In this document: piece after piece, positions 43,355-52,772 of the stretch | How positions within the stretch are numbered: the first letter of the stretch is position 1 | How the letters are laid out: every line of letters starts with the position of its first letter | Assembly (NCBI GenBank): GCA_001464055.1 | Contig: LNET01000029.1 | Span: 30,254-94,253, forward strand | Direction of reading: 5' to 3' | From: Burkholderiales bacterium Ga0077543 | GTDB taxonomy: Bacteria; Pseudomonadota; Gammaproteobacteria; Burkholderiales; Burkholderiaceae_C | DNA length: 64,000 nucleotides | The notes under the pieces: generated by a model | Told to the model about the DNA's origin: nothing | The model's database searches: none | What the model saw: only the letters and a program-made list of their open reading frames with translations | Program-made: the position numbers and the translations under genes

Positions 43355-46300
43355 GCGTCGAACTCGAGGGCAGGCTCGGAAGCGGGTCTGGGGCTGGGCT
43401 TGGCGGCTTGCAGTGCGGAGTCCAGGGCATGCCTGAACGCGGCGGGGGAACATTCCCTGGAAACGGCAGCAAGAAGCGTGGCCCGGGTGGAGGCCCAGCG
43501 TTCCGCGTCGGCGTGCAGGGCCAGGCAGGCCTGCGCGAAAGCCGCGGCGTCTTCGGCCACGGCCACCTCGCCCTTGCTCCAGCCCAGTTGCCGGGCGATC
43601 AGCGACGACACGACCATGGGCAGTCCGCGGGCTGCAGCCTCGTGGGCCTTGTGGGGGATGCCTGCGGCATAGCGCGTCGGGACGACGAAGACACGTGCCG
43701 CGTCGAGCTTGGGGCCGAGGTCGGGAACCCGGCCATGGATGACGATGCCCGGGGCCTGGAGCGCGAGCACGCTGGGAGCGGTGCATTCGCCGACGATGTC
43801 GAAGCGGGCCTCGCTGCCCTGGGCTTGCACGATCAGGGGCCACACCTCGCGTACGAACCAGACCACGCTGTCGCTGTTCGGGGTGTCGTCCTCGGTCAAC
43901 GCACCCAGGAAGAGGAAGCCCCTGCGTGCCTCGAAGCCGGGTGTGTGAAGCGCTGGCTCCAGCGCATGCCCGAGCACCTGCACGTTGGTGTAGCCCGCGC
44001 CGCGGTAATGGCGGGCTTCCAGTTCGGACACGGCCAGCACGCTGTCGGCGCCCTGTGCCAGAGCCAGTTCCTGGGCAATGCGCTGCTCCTGCTCGGGCCG
44101 GTCCAGCGGTGTCCCGTCCAGGGCGGCCTTTTCGATGTCGCGCACCGAGAACATGGCTTCGGCGTCGTAAACGACGCGCACGCCCGCCAGACGTCGGCTG
44201 TCTTGCTCAAGCACGGTGCGCAGCATGCCCATGTTGTGCGGGCGACTCACGATGACGCAGTCGTACAGACCGGTACGCTCGTCGAGGAAGCGCGCGAGTC
44301 CCGGCAGCCCGAGGTTGAGCATCACTTCCACCGTCTCCGGCAGTGCGCGGTAGACGTCGTGCCAGTCTTCCTGCGGAAACTGCAGCGGGTAGTGCGTGAC
44401 CGCATGGCCCCGGTCCGCGAGTGCCTTGACGATGCTGGCGGCCCGGGGGTAGCCCTGGCCCAGCCAGGGCAGCGGAACCCGGTCGTCGATCACCAGCACC
44501 CGCAGCGCACCGCGGGGGATGCGCTGGCGCGCCATGGGAATGGCGGCCACGGCGGGCGCGGGGCGCGCTGCCAGGAAGTCGGGGTGTCGCTGCACGAACA
44601 GGGCGCGGTTGCGGCGCTGCAGTTCGATGGCCTGGCCCGAGGCGGTCTCGCTGGCGAATTCGAAGTGGCGCACGCGCACCTGCGGGTCGTAGACGATGCG
44701 ATGCCCCTGTTCCCACAGACGTGCGCAGAAGTCGCTTTCCTCGTAGTAGGCCGGTGCAAAGGCCTCGTCGAAGCGACCCATGCTCTCGAACAGCGCCCGT
44801 CGCACCATCAGGAAGGCGCCCGAGCAGTAGTCGACGTCACGCACGTAGCGATAGCTGGGCAGTTCGGGCGCGTCACCGCGGCCATAGCCCAGGCAACTGC
44901 CGTCGGCCCAGATGATGCTGCCGGCTTCCTGCAGGCTGCCCCCCCAGAGCAGGATCGGCCCGCCCACTGCGCCGGCGGTGGGCTCCCGCTCCAGCCTGGC
45001 AACGGCCCGGGCCAGGCTGCCCGGCTCGACCAGGGCGTCGTTGTTCAGCAGCAGCAGGTAGCGCCCCCGCGCCTGTTCGGCCGCCAGGTTGACGGCGCGC
45101 AGGAAGCCGAGATTGCTGCCCGGGCGCAGGATCGTGGCGCCGTCCACGCGGCCCAGCAGTTCTGGGATGCGGTCGCTGGAGCCGTTGTCGACGATCAAGG
45201 TCTCGAAGCAGGTTCCCTGGCTGGCAGCCAGCGCGTCCAGGCACAAGCGGCTCAGGCCCGCCTGGTTGAAGACCACGACGATGACACTCACCACGGGCTG
45301 CGGGTCGGTGCAGCGCAGCTCGATGCGCCGGCCTTCGGTCAGGAACTGGCCCAACGAGGATTCGGCTTCGGCCCGGATGCGTTGCTTCTCGTCCAGCGTG
45401 GGCGGCGGCGGTGCCATGGGCGGCGGTGCCGCTGCGGGCATGCTCAGGGGCGCCACCCAGCGGAGTGCCGGATGGGCCCAGGGCCGCGCGAACATCCACG
45501 TCTTGATTTCCTGGCGCTTCGCCCCCGACACCGGCAGCGCCCTGACCGCGTCCCGCAGCCAGGCCAAGGGCTTCATGCCTCTGAGTGCGCGCAAGGGTGC
45601 CGTCATGCGCCAGGACAACGAGCGCTCCATGTTCCTGTAACCAGCTTCCAGCTGCGCGTAGACCGCATGCGCATGGGCCAGTTGCTGCTGTAGCGATTGA
45701 TCGGTGGCCGCCGCCTCGGCCAGTTGCTGCCGTGCTTGTTCGAGCTGTCCCAGCCTTTGTTCGTGTTCCTGCCGGGCAGCTTCGAGCCGGGCTTGAAGCT
45801 GCAGCCGGTCCGCATCCAGCCCAGCCTGCAGATCGAGCGCGGCATGCAGTTCCCGACGGGACGCCGCGAGCTGCTCCTGAAGCTGTTCCGCGGTGCGGGC
45901 CTGCTGCCGAGCGGCAGACCCCAGCTGGTCCAGCGCCGCCTGCTTCAGGTCGGTAATCTCGCGGGCCTGTGCGGCCAGCTGATGCGCCAAGGCGGCCGAG
46001 GCCATGGCCTCCCTGGCCGTCGCGCCCTGGTGCTCGAGCTGGTGCGCGAGATCGCTGCCGCGTGCTTCGGCCGTGGCAGCATGCTGCAAGGCAGCCTGCA
46101 ATTGCTCTGCCTGGACCCGGATCTGGTGCTCGAGCTGTCGCTGGGATTGTTCCCGGGCGGCCAGCCAGGCGCGCTGGACTTCCGCGTAGCGCGCAACCCC
46201 TTCCAGCGTGTCCGAAGAAATCATCGTGAACCACTTGCGGTAGACCTGCTGCCGCCTGCGGATGCTGTCGACCTCGTCGCGCTGCGCACTCAGCCCTGAA

Positions 46301-46962
46301 TCGCCGACCAGCCGGTAGGTGGCCGACACACCCGGCACGTGCAGGAAGGCATGGCGCTGTGCCAGCTGCAGCCAGAAGTCCCAGTCCTCGTAGGCGTCGA
46401 ACGATTCGTCGAAACGGTACCCTTGCTGCAGCAGTTGCCTGGCGAACAGCACGCCGTGGATCGGCAGGAAATTGGCCAGCCACAGCCGCTGCAGGCTGAA
46501 GGGTTCATCCAGCACGCCGGCCGGCTGGTCGTCGGCGTTCAGCATGCGAACGCCGGCGTAGGCCACCTGGAAGCCGGGCTGGTCCAGCACGGCGTACAGC
46601 AAGCGGGAAAGATGATCTGGATCGAGCAGGTCGTCGTCGTCCAGGAACAGCAGCCAATCGCCCCTGGCTGCCATCAGCGCCGCGTTGGCCGCCGCCGACC
46701 GGCCCAGTGGCTGGCCGGGCTCGACGCGGACGATGGGCATGGAGCGGCTGAGTTCCGGCAAAGGCGGGTGTCCGGTGCCCGATGCATTGACCAGTACCAC
46801 TTCGACATGGGGGTGCGTCTGCGCCGCCACCGACTGCAGGGCCTCAACCAGCTGCGGCCGCCCCATGCTGCGGATCAGCACGCTCACCAGGCCGGTGAGC
46901 GGGCTGGATCCACCGTGATCGGAAACGGGGCTTGGCTTGGCAGCAAGGCTGGACGAGGACAT
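43351..46962 (-). CDS. 1203-aa multidomain glycosyltransferase: GT2 - coiled coil - GT2 - GT1/GT4
   Basis: VSVLIRSMGRPQLVEALQSVAAQTH/LLFLDDDDLL. About 190 aa of Q/A/L/E/R-rich heptad-like sequence. VSVIVVVFNQAGLSRLCLDAL/LIVDNGSSD/LLLLNNDAL. C-terminal RVFVVPTRYAAGIPHKAHEAAARGLPMVVS. Confidence 0.85.
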   Translation of the reverse strand: MSSSSLAAKPSPVSDHGGSSPLTGLVSVLIRSMGRPQLVEALQSVAAQTHPHVEVVLVNASGTGHPPLPELSRSMPIVRVEPGQPLGRSAAANAALMAARGDWLLFLDDDDLLDPDHLSRLLYAVLDQPGFQVAYAGVRMLNADDQPAGVLDEPFSLQRLWLANFLPIHGVLFARQLLQQGYRFDESFDAYEDWDFWLQLAQRHAFLHVPGVSATYRLVGDSGLSAQRDEVDSIRRRQQVYRKWFTMISSDTLEGVARYAEVQRAWLAAREQSQRQLEHQIRVQAEQLQAALQHAATAEARGSDLAHQLEHQGATAREAMASAALAHQLAAQAREITDLKQAALDQLGSAARQQARTAEQLQEQLAASRRELHAALDLQAGLDADRLQLQARLEAARQEHEQRLGQLEQARQQLAEAAATDQSLQQQLAHAHAVYAQLEAGYRNMERSLSWRMTAPLRALRGMKPLAWLRDAVRALPVSGAKRQEIKTWMFARPWAHPALRWVAPLSMPAAAPPPMAPPPPTLDEKQRIRAEAESSLGQFLTEGRRIELRCTDPQPVVSVIVVVFNQAGLSRLCLDALAASQGTCFETLIVDNGSSDRIPELLGRVDGATILRPGSNLGFLRAVNLAAEQARGRYLLLLNNDALVEPGSLARAVARLEREPTAGAVGGPILLWGGSLQEAGSIIWADGSCLGYGRGDAPELPSYRYVRDVDYCSGAFLMVRRALFESMGRFDEAFAPAYYEESDFCARLWEQGHRIVYDPQVRVRHFEFASETASGQAIELQRRNRALFVQRHPDFLAARPAPAVAAIPMARQRIPRGALRVLVIDDRVPLPWLGQGYPRAASIVKALADRGHAVTHYPLQFPQEDWHDVYRALPETVEVMLNLGLPGLARFLDERTGLYDCVIVSRPHNMGMLRTVLEQDSRRLAGVRVVYDAEAMFSVRDIEKAALDGTPLDRPEQEQRIAQELALAQGADSVLAVSELEARHYRGAGYTNVQVLGHALEPALHTPGFEARRGFLFLGALTEDDTPNSDSVVWFVREVWPLIVQAQGSEARFDIVGECTAPSVLALQAPGIVIHGRVPDLGPKLDAARVFVVPTRYAAGIPHKAHEAAARGLPMVVSSLIARQLGWSKGEVAVAEDAAAFAQACLALHADAERWASTRATLLAAVSRECSPAAFRHALDSALQAAKPSPRPASEPALEFDA

Positions 46963-47102
46963 CGTGACGCGGGATCAGGAAGATGTGAACGGTGCGCAGG
47001 CAAGGCTGCAGGCAGTCAGGCGGTCCCGCGCGGGGCACGGCCTCGGGGTTCGGGTGGCCTCCAGCGGGCCGGTGCTGCCGACGCGGATTGTCGCGGAAGA
47101 AT

Positions 47103-48389
47103 TCAAGGGGCTTGCCGATCCTGGGTGCCGGCGTCGGGCAAGGACGCGGCCGGTCCTTGCGCCTGCACCGGGTCGGCTCGCAGCCGACGAACGGTCAATG
47201 CGCCGGCAATGCCGGCCAGCAGCCACAGCGGCAAGGCCCACTTCGCGTCCCGCATCACGGCATTGGCCAGCGCCCCTGCGGCCAACGTCAGCCACAGCAT
47301 CAACGCCGGCACGCCGTTGGCACCCGCCCGCAGCGCCGCCACCGCCATCGCCAGCCACCAGCCTGCCAGCAGCAGCGCCGCGGGCAGGCCGGCCTGGGTG
47401 GCGACCAGCAGGTACTCGTTGTGCGGCGTGCTGTTGTCGGCAGCGCGTGTGCCGGCGGGCACGCGCTGCGTCCACAGCAGCTGCCAGCTGCCCAGGCCGT
47501 GGCCGGCCCAGGGGCGTTCCTGCACCATCTGCGCCGTGACTTCGGCCAAGCGCAGGCGCAGGCCCCAGCTGGTGTCGACCGCGGTCTGGCCGCTGCTGTA
47601 GGCCAGCACTTCTCGCCGGCCTTCGTCGAAGCGGGCGCGCACGCCGTCGGACAGCAACCAGGTGGCGCCAGCCGCGGCCAGCACGCCGATGGCCAGCAGC
47701 GCCTTGAGGTCGGCACGCCGGGGTGCCGCCAGGGCCCAGGCCAGCAGCAGCAGCGGCAACAGCAGCATGCCGGTGCGGCGGTCCTGTGCCGTCAGGCCGG
47801 CCGTGGCCAGCACCACCAGCGCCAAGGCCAGCCAGCGCTGGCGCGGGCTGGCGGCCTGGCTGGCCTGCCAGCAGCCCAGCGCCGCGCCCACCGCAAGCAG
47901 GGTCGACGAGGCGATGCGTTCGTTGCCGCTGGCGTCGATGGTGCTGGTCCACAGCAGCGAGTCCGGCAGGCCGACATGGCGATCCAGCCACCACAGTGCG
48001 CCCACGGTGCCCGAAGCCAGCACGAAGTGCCAGATGAAGCGCCTGGCCGCAGCCGGCGTGCAGGCCTGGGCCAGCAGCACGGTGCTCAGCGGCAGCAGAT
48101 GGGTCCAGGCGTGGGCGACGATGCGGTCGGCCGGCGCGGCTGTCCAGAGTGCCGATGCCCACATCCACAAGCACAGCGCCAGCAGCAGCCGCGGCCCCGG
48201 GGCGGCGAAGGCGTCGTGCCAGGCGCCCTGGCGGCGCACCACGGCCACTGCCAGGGCGCTGGCCAGCAGCCAGGTGAAGTACTTGGCGCCCAGTGGCGCG
48301 TAGGTGCACCAGGCAGCCAGGGGCATCAGAGCCGCCAGGGCCGCTTCGGCGCGGGCTGGCGTGGCTCGGGTCCCGGTCGTGGCCATCAT
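47103..48389 (-). CDS. O-antigen ligase (WaaL/Wzy_C family) membrane protein
   Basis: MMATTG start at 48389 (ATGA overlap with the upstream GT2). Polytopic. STPHNEYLLVATQAGLPA matches the O-antigen ligase loop motif. Confidence 0.75.
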   Translation of the reverse strand: MMATTGTRATPARAEAALAALMPLAAWCTYAPLGAKYFTWLLASALAVAVVRRQGAWHDAFAAPGPRLLLALCLWMWASALWTAAPADRIVAHAWTHLLPLSTVLLAQACTPAAARRFIWHFVLASGTVGALWWLDRHVGLPDSLLWTSTIDASGNERIASSTLLAVGAALGCWQASQAASPRQRWLALALVVLATAGLTAQDRRTGMLLLPLLLLAWALAAPRRADLKALLAIGVLAAAGATWLLSDGVRARFDEGRREVLAYSSGQTAVDTSWGLRLRLAEVTAQMVQERPWAGHGLGSWQLLWTQRVPAGTRAADNSTPHNEYLLVATQAGLPAALLLAGWWLAMAVAALRAGANGVPALMLWLTLAAGALANAVMRDAKWALPLWLLAGIAGALTVRRLRADPVQAQGPAASLPDAGTQDRQAP

Positions 48390-49309
48390 TTCGGGCGCAG
48401 ACTTGCCGTCAGGCCCGAGGCGGCGCCGCGCAGCAAGGCCCAGAGCTTGGCACCGGCCTGGTCTTCCACCATCGCGATGCCGATGGCCTCGTAGCTCAGG
48501 CGCAGCAGGCACAGTGCCGCGAAGGCCGGTTCGCGCCACAGCCACTGGCGCGCCAGCCACATCGTGTTGCGGCCGATCAGGTGGCGGCGCGCGGGGCCGT
48601 GGCCGCCGCTCTGCACTTCCATGCCCAGGAAACGGTAGCGCCGACGTTCGCCGATGGCGTGGGGGAACTCGTGGCTGCCGTGCACGTGCACGTGCAAGCC
48701 GCAGGCGCGGGCGCGCAGGCAGTATTCGGTGTCGACATGGTCGATGGCCAGGCCTTCGTTGAACGGGCCGATGCGTTGCAGGGCTTCGGCGCGCCAGACC
48801 GACATCGAGTTGATGACGAAGGCGACTTCGCGCACGCCCTCGAACTCGCGCGGGTTGAAGCCCAGCCTGAAACGGCGCAGCCACATGTAGCGCCCGCGCA
48901 GCCCGGTGGCCCGGTCGCGATAGGCCGGGCTGATGGCGGCGGTGTCGGGCTGCGCCAGGATGTGGCGGGTATCGGGGTCGGCCAGGAAGGCGGGCAGGGT
49001 GCCGATGTCGGAGTCCTCGTCCAGGAACAGCACCGTGGGCGGCGGCAAGGGCATGGCCAGCAGATGGCGCTGCGCCAGGTTGTAGGCGCCGGCCAGACCA
49101 CCGGCGTTGGCGCCGTGCAAGTAGACCGCGCCCAGCGTTTTGCAAAGCTGCTGAAGACCTGTGCTCGTCTGCGGGCCGTTGTCGACGACCACGACCAGCG
49201 GCAGCCAGCCGGACAGCTGGCGCAAGGCAGCTTCGACCTGGTCCTGCCGCCGATAGACCACCATGACGGCCGCTGGCCGGGCCGTGGCGCCGGGTGGGGG
49301 CGGGTGCAT
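48386..49309 (-). CDS. family 2 glycosyltransferase
   Basis: VMVVYRRQDQVEAAL, VVVVDNGPQ, VLFLDEDSD, IDHVDTEYCLRARACG. Confidence 0.8.
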   Translation of the reverse strand: MHPPPPGATARPAAVMVVYRRQDQVEAALRQLSGWLPLVVVVDNGPQTSTGLQQLCKTLGAVYLHGANAGGLAGAYNLAQRHLLAMPLPPPTVLFLDEDSDIGTLPAFLADPDTRHILAQPDTAAISPAYRDRATGLRGRYMWLRRFRLGFNPREFEGVREVAFVINSMSVWRAEALQRIGPFNEGLAIDHVDTEYCLRARACGLHVHVHGSHEFPHAIGERRRYRFLGMEVQSGGHGPARRHLIGRNTMWLARQWLWREPAFAALCLLRLSYEAIGIAMVEDQAGAKLWALLRGAASGLTASLRPK

Positions 49310-49360
49310 GGGGCCCGGGACGGGTCCTGGGCCGGGGGCCTGGAGGTGGCCCGCTGACGC

Positions 49361-50422
49361 CTACAGGCGGTTGATGGTGGTGGCCGCGAGCAGGCCCAGG
49401 TTGCCCAGCACGGTCTGGCGGAATACGCCGGTGCGGCGCAACTCGACCAGGCGGCGCAGCAGGTGGCGCTGGCGGGCTCGCACGAAGTTGTCGAGCACCT
49501 CGCGGTTTTCCTCGGTCATCATGTGCTGCACACGCTGCAGGGCACTGACGTTGGCGTCGACCCAGCCGCGGAAGCGGCCTTGCAGCAGCAAGCGCGCACG
49601 CAGCATGTGCGCGGCCACCGACTGGTTCGCGCCGAACTGGTTGCTCGAGTGCTGGCGATAGCGCACGGTGGGGTAGGGGTCGTAGTGCACCTGGCCACCG
49701 CAGCCGGTGACCAGCATATAGGCCCACCAGTCGTGGGTGATGGCGGCGACGTTTTCACCGGCCTGGCGCAGCAGGTCGCGGGCGGCGCGATTGAAGACCA
49801 TGGTGTTGCCGCCGGCAATGCTTTGCACCAGTGCGTTGCGGAAGCTGGGCGCCTTGGTGAACAGCGGCGAATAGCCCAGGTGCTGGTTGCGCGCGTCTAC
49901 GAGCAGGGTGCGTGAACCGTAGAGCGCGGGCACGTCTTCGGGCACCGTCTTGAGCCAGGCGACGGCGCGTTCCAGCTTGTCGGCTTCCCAGATGTCGTCC
50001 TGGTCGGCGTAGGCGAAATAGTCGGCGTCGATGTCGGCACGACAGGTCAATGACAGGAAGTTGGCGGTGGACCCGACGGCCGGGCCGGCGTGGATGGACA
50101 GCCGTTCCTCGCCCCAATGGCCCTGGTAGTACTCCAGGATGGCGTGGGTGTGATCATCCGATCCGTCGTCGCTGGCCCAGATGGCCCAGGCCGGATGGGT
50201 TTGCGTGGCGATGGAGTTGAGTTGGTGCGCCAGGAAGTGCTGGGCTTGCATCGTGCAAAGCAGAACCGCCACCTTCGGCACCGCCGGATGCTGGCGGTGC
50301 AGCAAGGACTTCAGCGACACCAAGGGAATGATGCGCCGGAACTCTTCCCATGGGGACAGAAGATCCTGGATAGGTGAGCGTTGCAAGCGCGAACGTGGGG
50401 GCTCCGCAGTGGTTTGGGCCAT
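49361..50422 (-). CDS. family 2 glycosyltransferase
   Basis: VAVLLCTMQAQHFLAHQLNSIATQTH, IWASDDGSDD, FAYADQDDIW. ATG 50422 is preferred over GTG 50500, which would leave only 23 bp to the divergent rhlE. Confidence 0.8.
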   Translation of the reverse strand: MAQTTAEPPRSRLQRSPIQDLLSPWEEFRRIIPLVSLKSLLHRQHPAVPKVAVLLCTMQAQHFLAHQLNSIATQTHPAWAIWASDDGSDDHTHAILEYYQGHWGEERLSIHAGPAVGSTANFLSLTCRADIDADYFAYADQDDIWEADKLERAVAWLKTVPEDVPALYGSRTLLVDARNQHLGYSPLFTKAPSFRNALVQSIAGGNTMVFNRAARDLLRQAGENVAAITHDWWAYMLVTGCGGQVHYDPYPTVRYRQHSSNQFGANQSVAAHMLRARLLLQGRFRGWVDANVSALQRVQHMMTEENREVLDNFVRARQRHLLRRLVELRRTGVFRQTVLGNLGLLAATTINRL

Positions 50423-50485
50423 CGCCTTGTTTACTCTTGTCGTGGGCACAGAACAGATCATTCTAGACGAGCACTTCCGGTGGTC

Positions 50486-50501
50486 TGTGACGGCTGTCAC
50501 G
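50486..50501. promoter_or_regulatory. CRP-like box TGTGA-N6-TCACG (9/10)
   Basis: Read directly: tgtgacggctgtcacg, in the divergent region between the last O-antigen-cluster GT2 gene and rhlE. Confidence 0.35.
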
Positions 50502-50523
50502 GCGATGTTGGATACTCACCACC

Positions 50524-51996
50524 GTGAACGAAAGCCAAAATCCCCTGCCCGAAGAGCCGCCGCCGCTCTTCAACACCCTTCCCCTGGATCCAAAGTTGCT
50601 CCGCGCCGTGGCCGAATCTGGCTACGTGGCGATGACGCCGATCCAGGCCAAGGCCATCCCCATCGTCCTGGCAGGACGTGACGTGATGGGCGCCGCCCAG
50701 ACTGGAACCGGCAAGACGGCGGCCTTCACGATTCCGCTGCTGCAGAAGATGTTGCGCCACGAAACTGGCAATACATCTCCGGCCCGACACCCGGTCCGGG
50801 CGCTGGTGCTGGCCCCCACGCGCGAGTTGGCAGATCAGGTCGCAAACAACGTCAAGAATTACGCCAAACACACGCAGTTACGTTCGGCGGTGGTTTTCGG
50901 CGGGATTGACATGAAGCCGCAGACATTGCAGCTGAAAGCGGGTGTCGAAGTACTCATCGCCACGCCCGGACGTTTGCTCGACCATATCGAAGCAAAGAAT
51001 GCAGTGCTGAACCATGTCGAATATGTCGTGCTCGACGAAGCCGATCGCATGCTCGACATCGGCTTCCTGCCCGACCTGCAACGCATCCTGTCCTACCTGC
51101 CGAAGGCGCGGCAGACGCTGCTGTTCTCGGCCACCTTCTCGCCCGAGATCAAGCGCCTGGCGAACAGCTACCTGCAGGACCCGGTGCTGGTCGAGGTGGC
51201 CCGCCCGAATGCCACGGCCAGCACCGTCGAGCAGCGCTTCTACAGCTGCGACGACGACGACAAGCGGGCGCTCATCCGCCAGTTGCTGCGCACGCGTGAA
51301 CTCAGCCAGGCCATCATCTTCGTCAACAGCAAGCTGGGTGCGGCGCGGCTGGCGCGCAGTTTCGAGCGCGACGGCATGAAGACCCAGGCCCTGCACGGCG
51401 ACAAGAGCCAGGACGAGCGGCTGAAGGCGCTGGCGGCGTTCAAGGCCGGCGAGGTCGACCTGCTGGTGGCAACAGACGTGGCCGCGCGCGGCCTGGACAT
51501 CGCCGACCTGCCGGCGGTCTTCAATTTCGACGTGCCTTATCACGCCGAGGACTACATCCACCGCATCGGCCGCACTGGCCGCGCCGGGGCTTCGGGCGTG
51601 GCCATCACGCTGGTGGCTCGCGATGACATGCGGTTGCTCGGCGAGATCGAGAAACTGCTGAAGATGAAGATCGAGCTCGAGGCGCTGCAGATCGACGACG
51701 ACCGCCCGGCCCGTCGTCCGCGCCCGGCACGCGATGACGAGCGTTCCTTCGACAGGTCCGAAAGCTCTGAGCGTGCGGAACGGCCTGAACGCCCGGCAAC
51801 GCCCAGGCGCGCGCCGGCGCCCAGTCGCTCGGCCGACCCGTTCTTCGACCAGCCCTACGAACCCAAGCCACCCAGTTCACCCGAGGCCGCGCCGGCCTGG
51901 GAGAAGACCACAGCACCAGCTTCCGGCAAGCTGCCTTCGCCGAACATCCGACCGAAGAAGAAAGTGGCCGCCTTGCTGGGCGGTGGCAGTCGCTGA
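50524..51996 (+). CDS. rhlE: ATP-dependent DEAD-box RNA helicase
   Basis: Q-motif/TPIQ, AQTGTGKTAAF, VLDEADRMLD, SAT, HRIGRTGRAG, and a basic C-terminal tail. GTG start. Confidence 0.9.
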   Translation: MNESQNPLPEEPPPLFNTLPLDPKLLRAVAESGYVAMTPIQAKAIPIVLAGRDVMGAAQTGTGKTAAFTIPLLQKMLRHETGNTSPARHPVRALVLAPTRELADQVANNVKNYAKHTQLRSAVVFGGIDMKPQTLQLKAGVEVLIATPGRLLDHIEAKNAVLNHVEYVVLDEADRMLDIGFLPDLQRILSYLPKARQTLLFSATFSPEIKRLANSYLQDPVLVEVARPNATASTVEQRFYSCDDDDKRALIRQLLRTRELSQAIIFVNSKLGAARLARSFERDGMKTQALHGDKSQDERLKALAAFKAGEVDLLVATDVAARGLDIADLPAVFNFDVPYHAEDYIHRIGRTGRAGASGVAITLVARDDMRLLGEIEKLLKMKIELEALQIDDDRPARRPRPARDDERSFDRSESSERAERPERPATPRRAPAPSRSADPFFDQPYEPKPPSSPEAAPAWEKTTAPASGKLPSPNIRPKKKVAALLGGGSR

Positions 51997-52012
51997 ACCG
52001 GCGCGGTTCAGC
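51992..52012. terminator. 9-bp GC-rich hairpin spanning both convergent stop codons (possible bidirectional terminator)
   Basis: gctgaaccg-gcg-cggttcagc. It includes TGA 51994-51996 and tca 52008-52010. There is no T-run. Confidence 0.3.
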
Positions 52013-52772
52013 CCAGCCAGCAAAAGACCGCCGGCTCGCGGTCGCTCATCGCGGTGTCGCGGCGTCGCCAGTCGGCAACGCTGGCGGTGCGGGTCCAGGC
52101 TGCCGGTCCGGTCAGACCGCTGCTGACGGACAGCCGGGTGCCGGGCTGCAGGCCCGCCAGCAGCGCGGCCAGCAGAGCGGCGTTGCGGTAGGGGGTTTCG
52201 ATCACGATCTGGGTCTGCTGCAGGCGCCGCGACACGGCTTCCAGTTCACGCAGGCGGGCCGTGCGTGCACCGCTGTCCTGCGGCAGGTAGCCGACGAAAG
52301 AAAAACTCTGGCCGTTCAGGCCGCTGGCGGCCAGCGCCAGCAGCAGCGAACTGGCCCCGGCCAGCGGCAGCACGGTCACACCGGCGGCGTGCGCGGCCTC
52401 CACCAGCGCTGCGCCGGGGTCGGCCACGGCCGGCAGACCGGCTTCAGACAGCAGCCCGACATCGTGCCCGGCCAGCGCCGGTGCGAGCAGCGCGGCCCAT
52501 TCGGCAGCCGGAACGGCAGACGCGCTGCCCTTGCGCGGCCGCGGCAGTTCACGCATATCAATGGCCTGCAGCGGCAGCACCAGCGGCGTGACGGCGTGAA
52601 CGCGCTTGAGGAAGGCGCGGGCGCTGCGCGCGTCCTCGACAGCCCAGTGCTGCAGGGCGGCCGCCTGGCGCAGCACGCCCAGCGGCAGCAGGTCCTGGAT
52701 GTCGACGGCCTCGGCGCCCAGGTCCAGGGTGTTGGGCACCAGCAACAGCCGGCCCGCGGCCAGGGATGTCAT
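52008..52772 (-). CDS. SAM-dependent methyltransferase of the tetrapyrrole-methylase (TP_methylase) fold
   Basis: LLLVPNTLD..., VGLLSEAGLPAVADPGAALV, and FSFVGYLP...IVIETPYR are typical of this family. ATGA-type overlap with maf. Confidence 0.7.
   Translation of the reverse strand: MTSLAAGRLLLVPNTLDLGAEAVDIQDLLPLGVLRQAAALQHWAVEDARSARAFLKRVHAVTPLVLPLQAIDMRELPRPRKGSASAVPAAEWAALLAPALAGHDVGLLSEAGLPAVADPGAALVEAAHAAGVTVLPLAGASSLLLALAASGLNGQSFSFVGYLPQDSGARTARLRELEAVSRRLQQTQIVIETPYRNAALLAALLAGLQPGTRLSVSSGLTGPAAWTRTASVADWRRRDTAMSDREPAVFCWLG

Noticed and set aside
47103-49727. 874-aa minus-strand ORF read as a single protein
   Set aside because: Only 47103-48389 reads as an O-antigen ligase. The upstream part is low-complexity sequence overlapping two GT2 genes that are readable in other frames.
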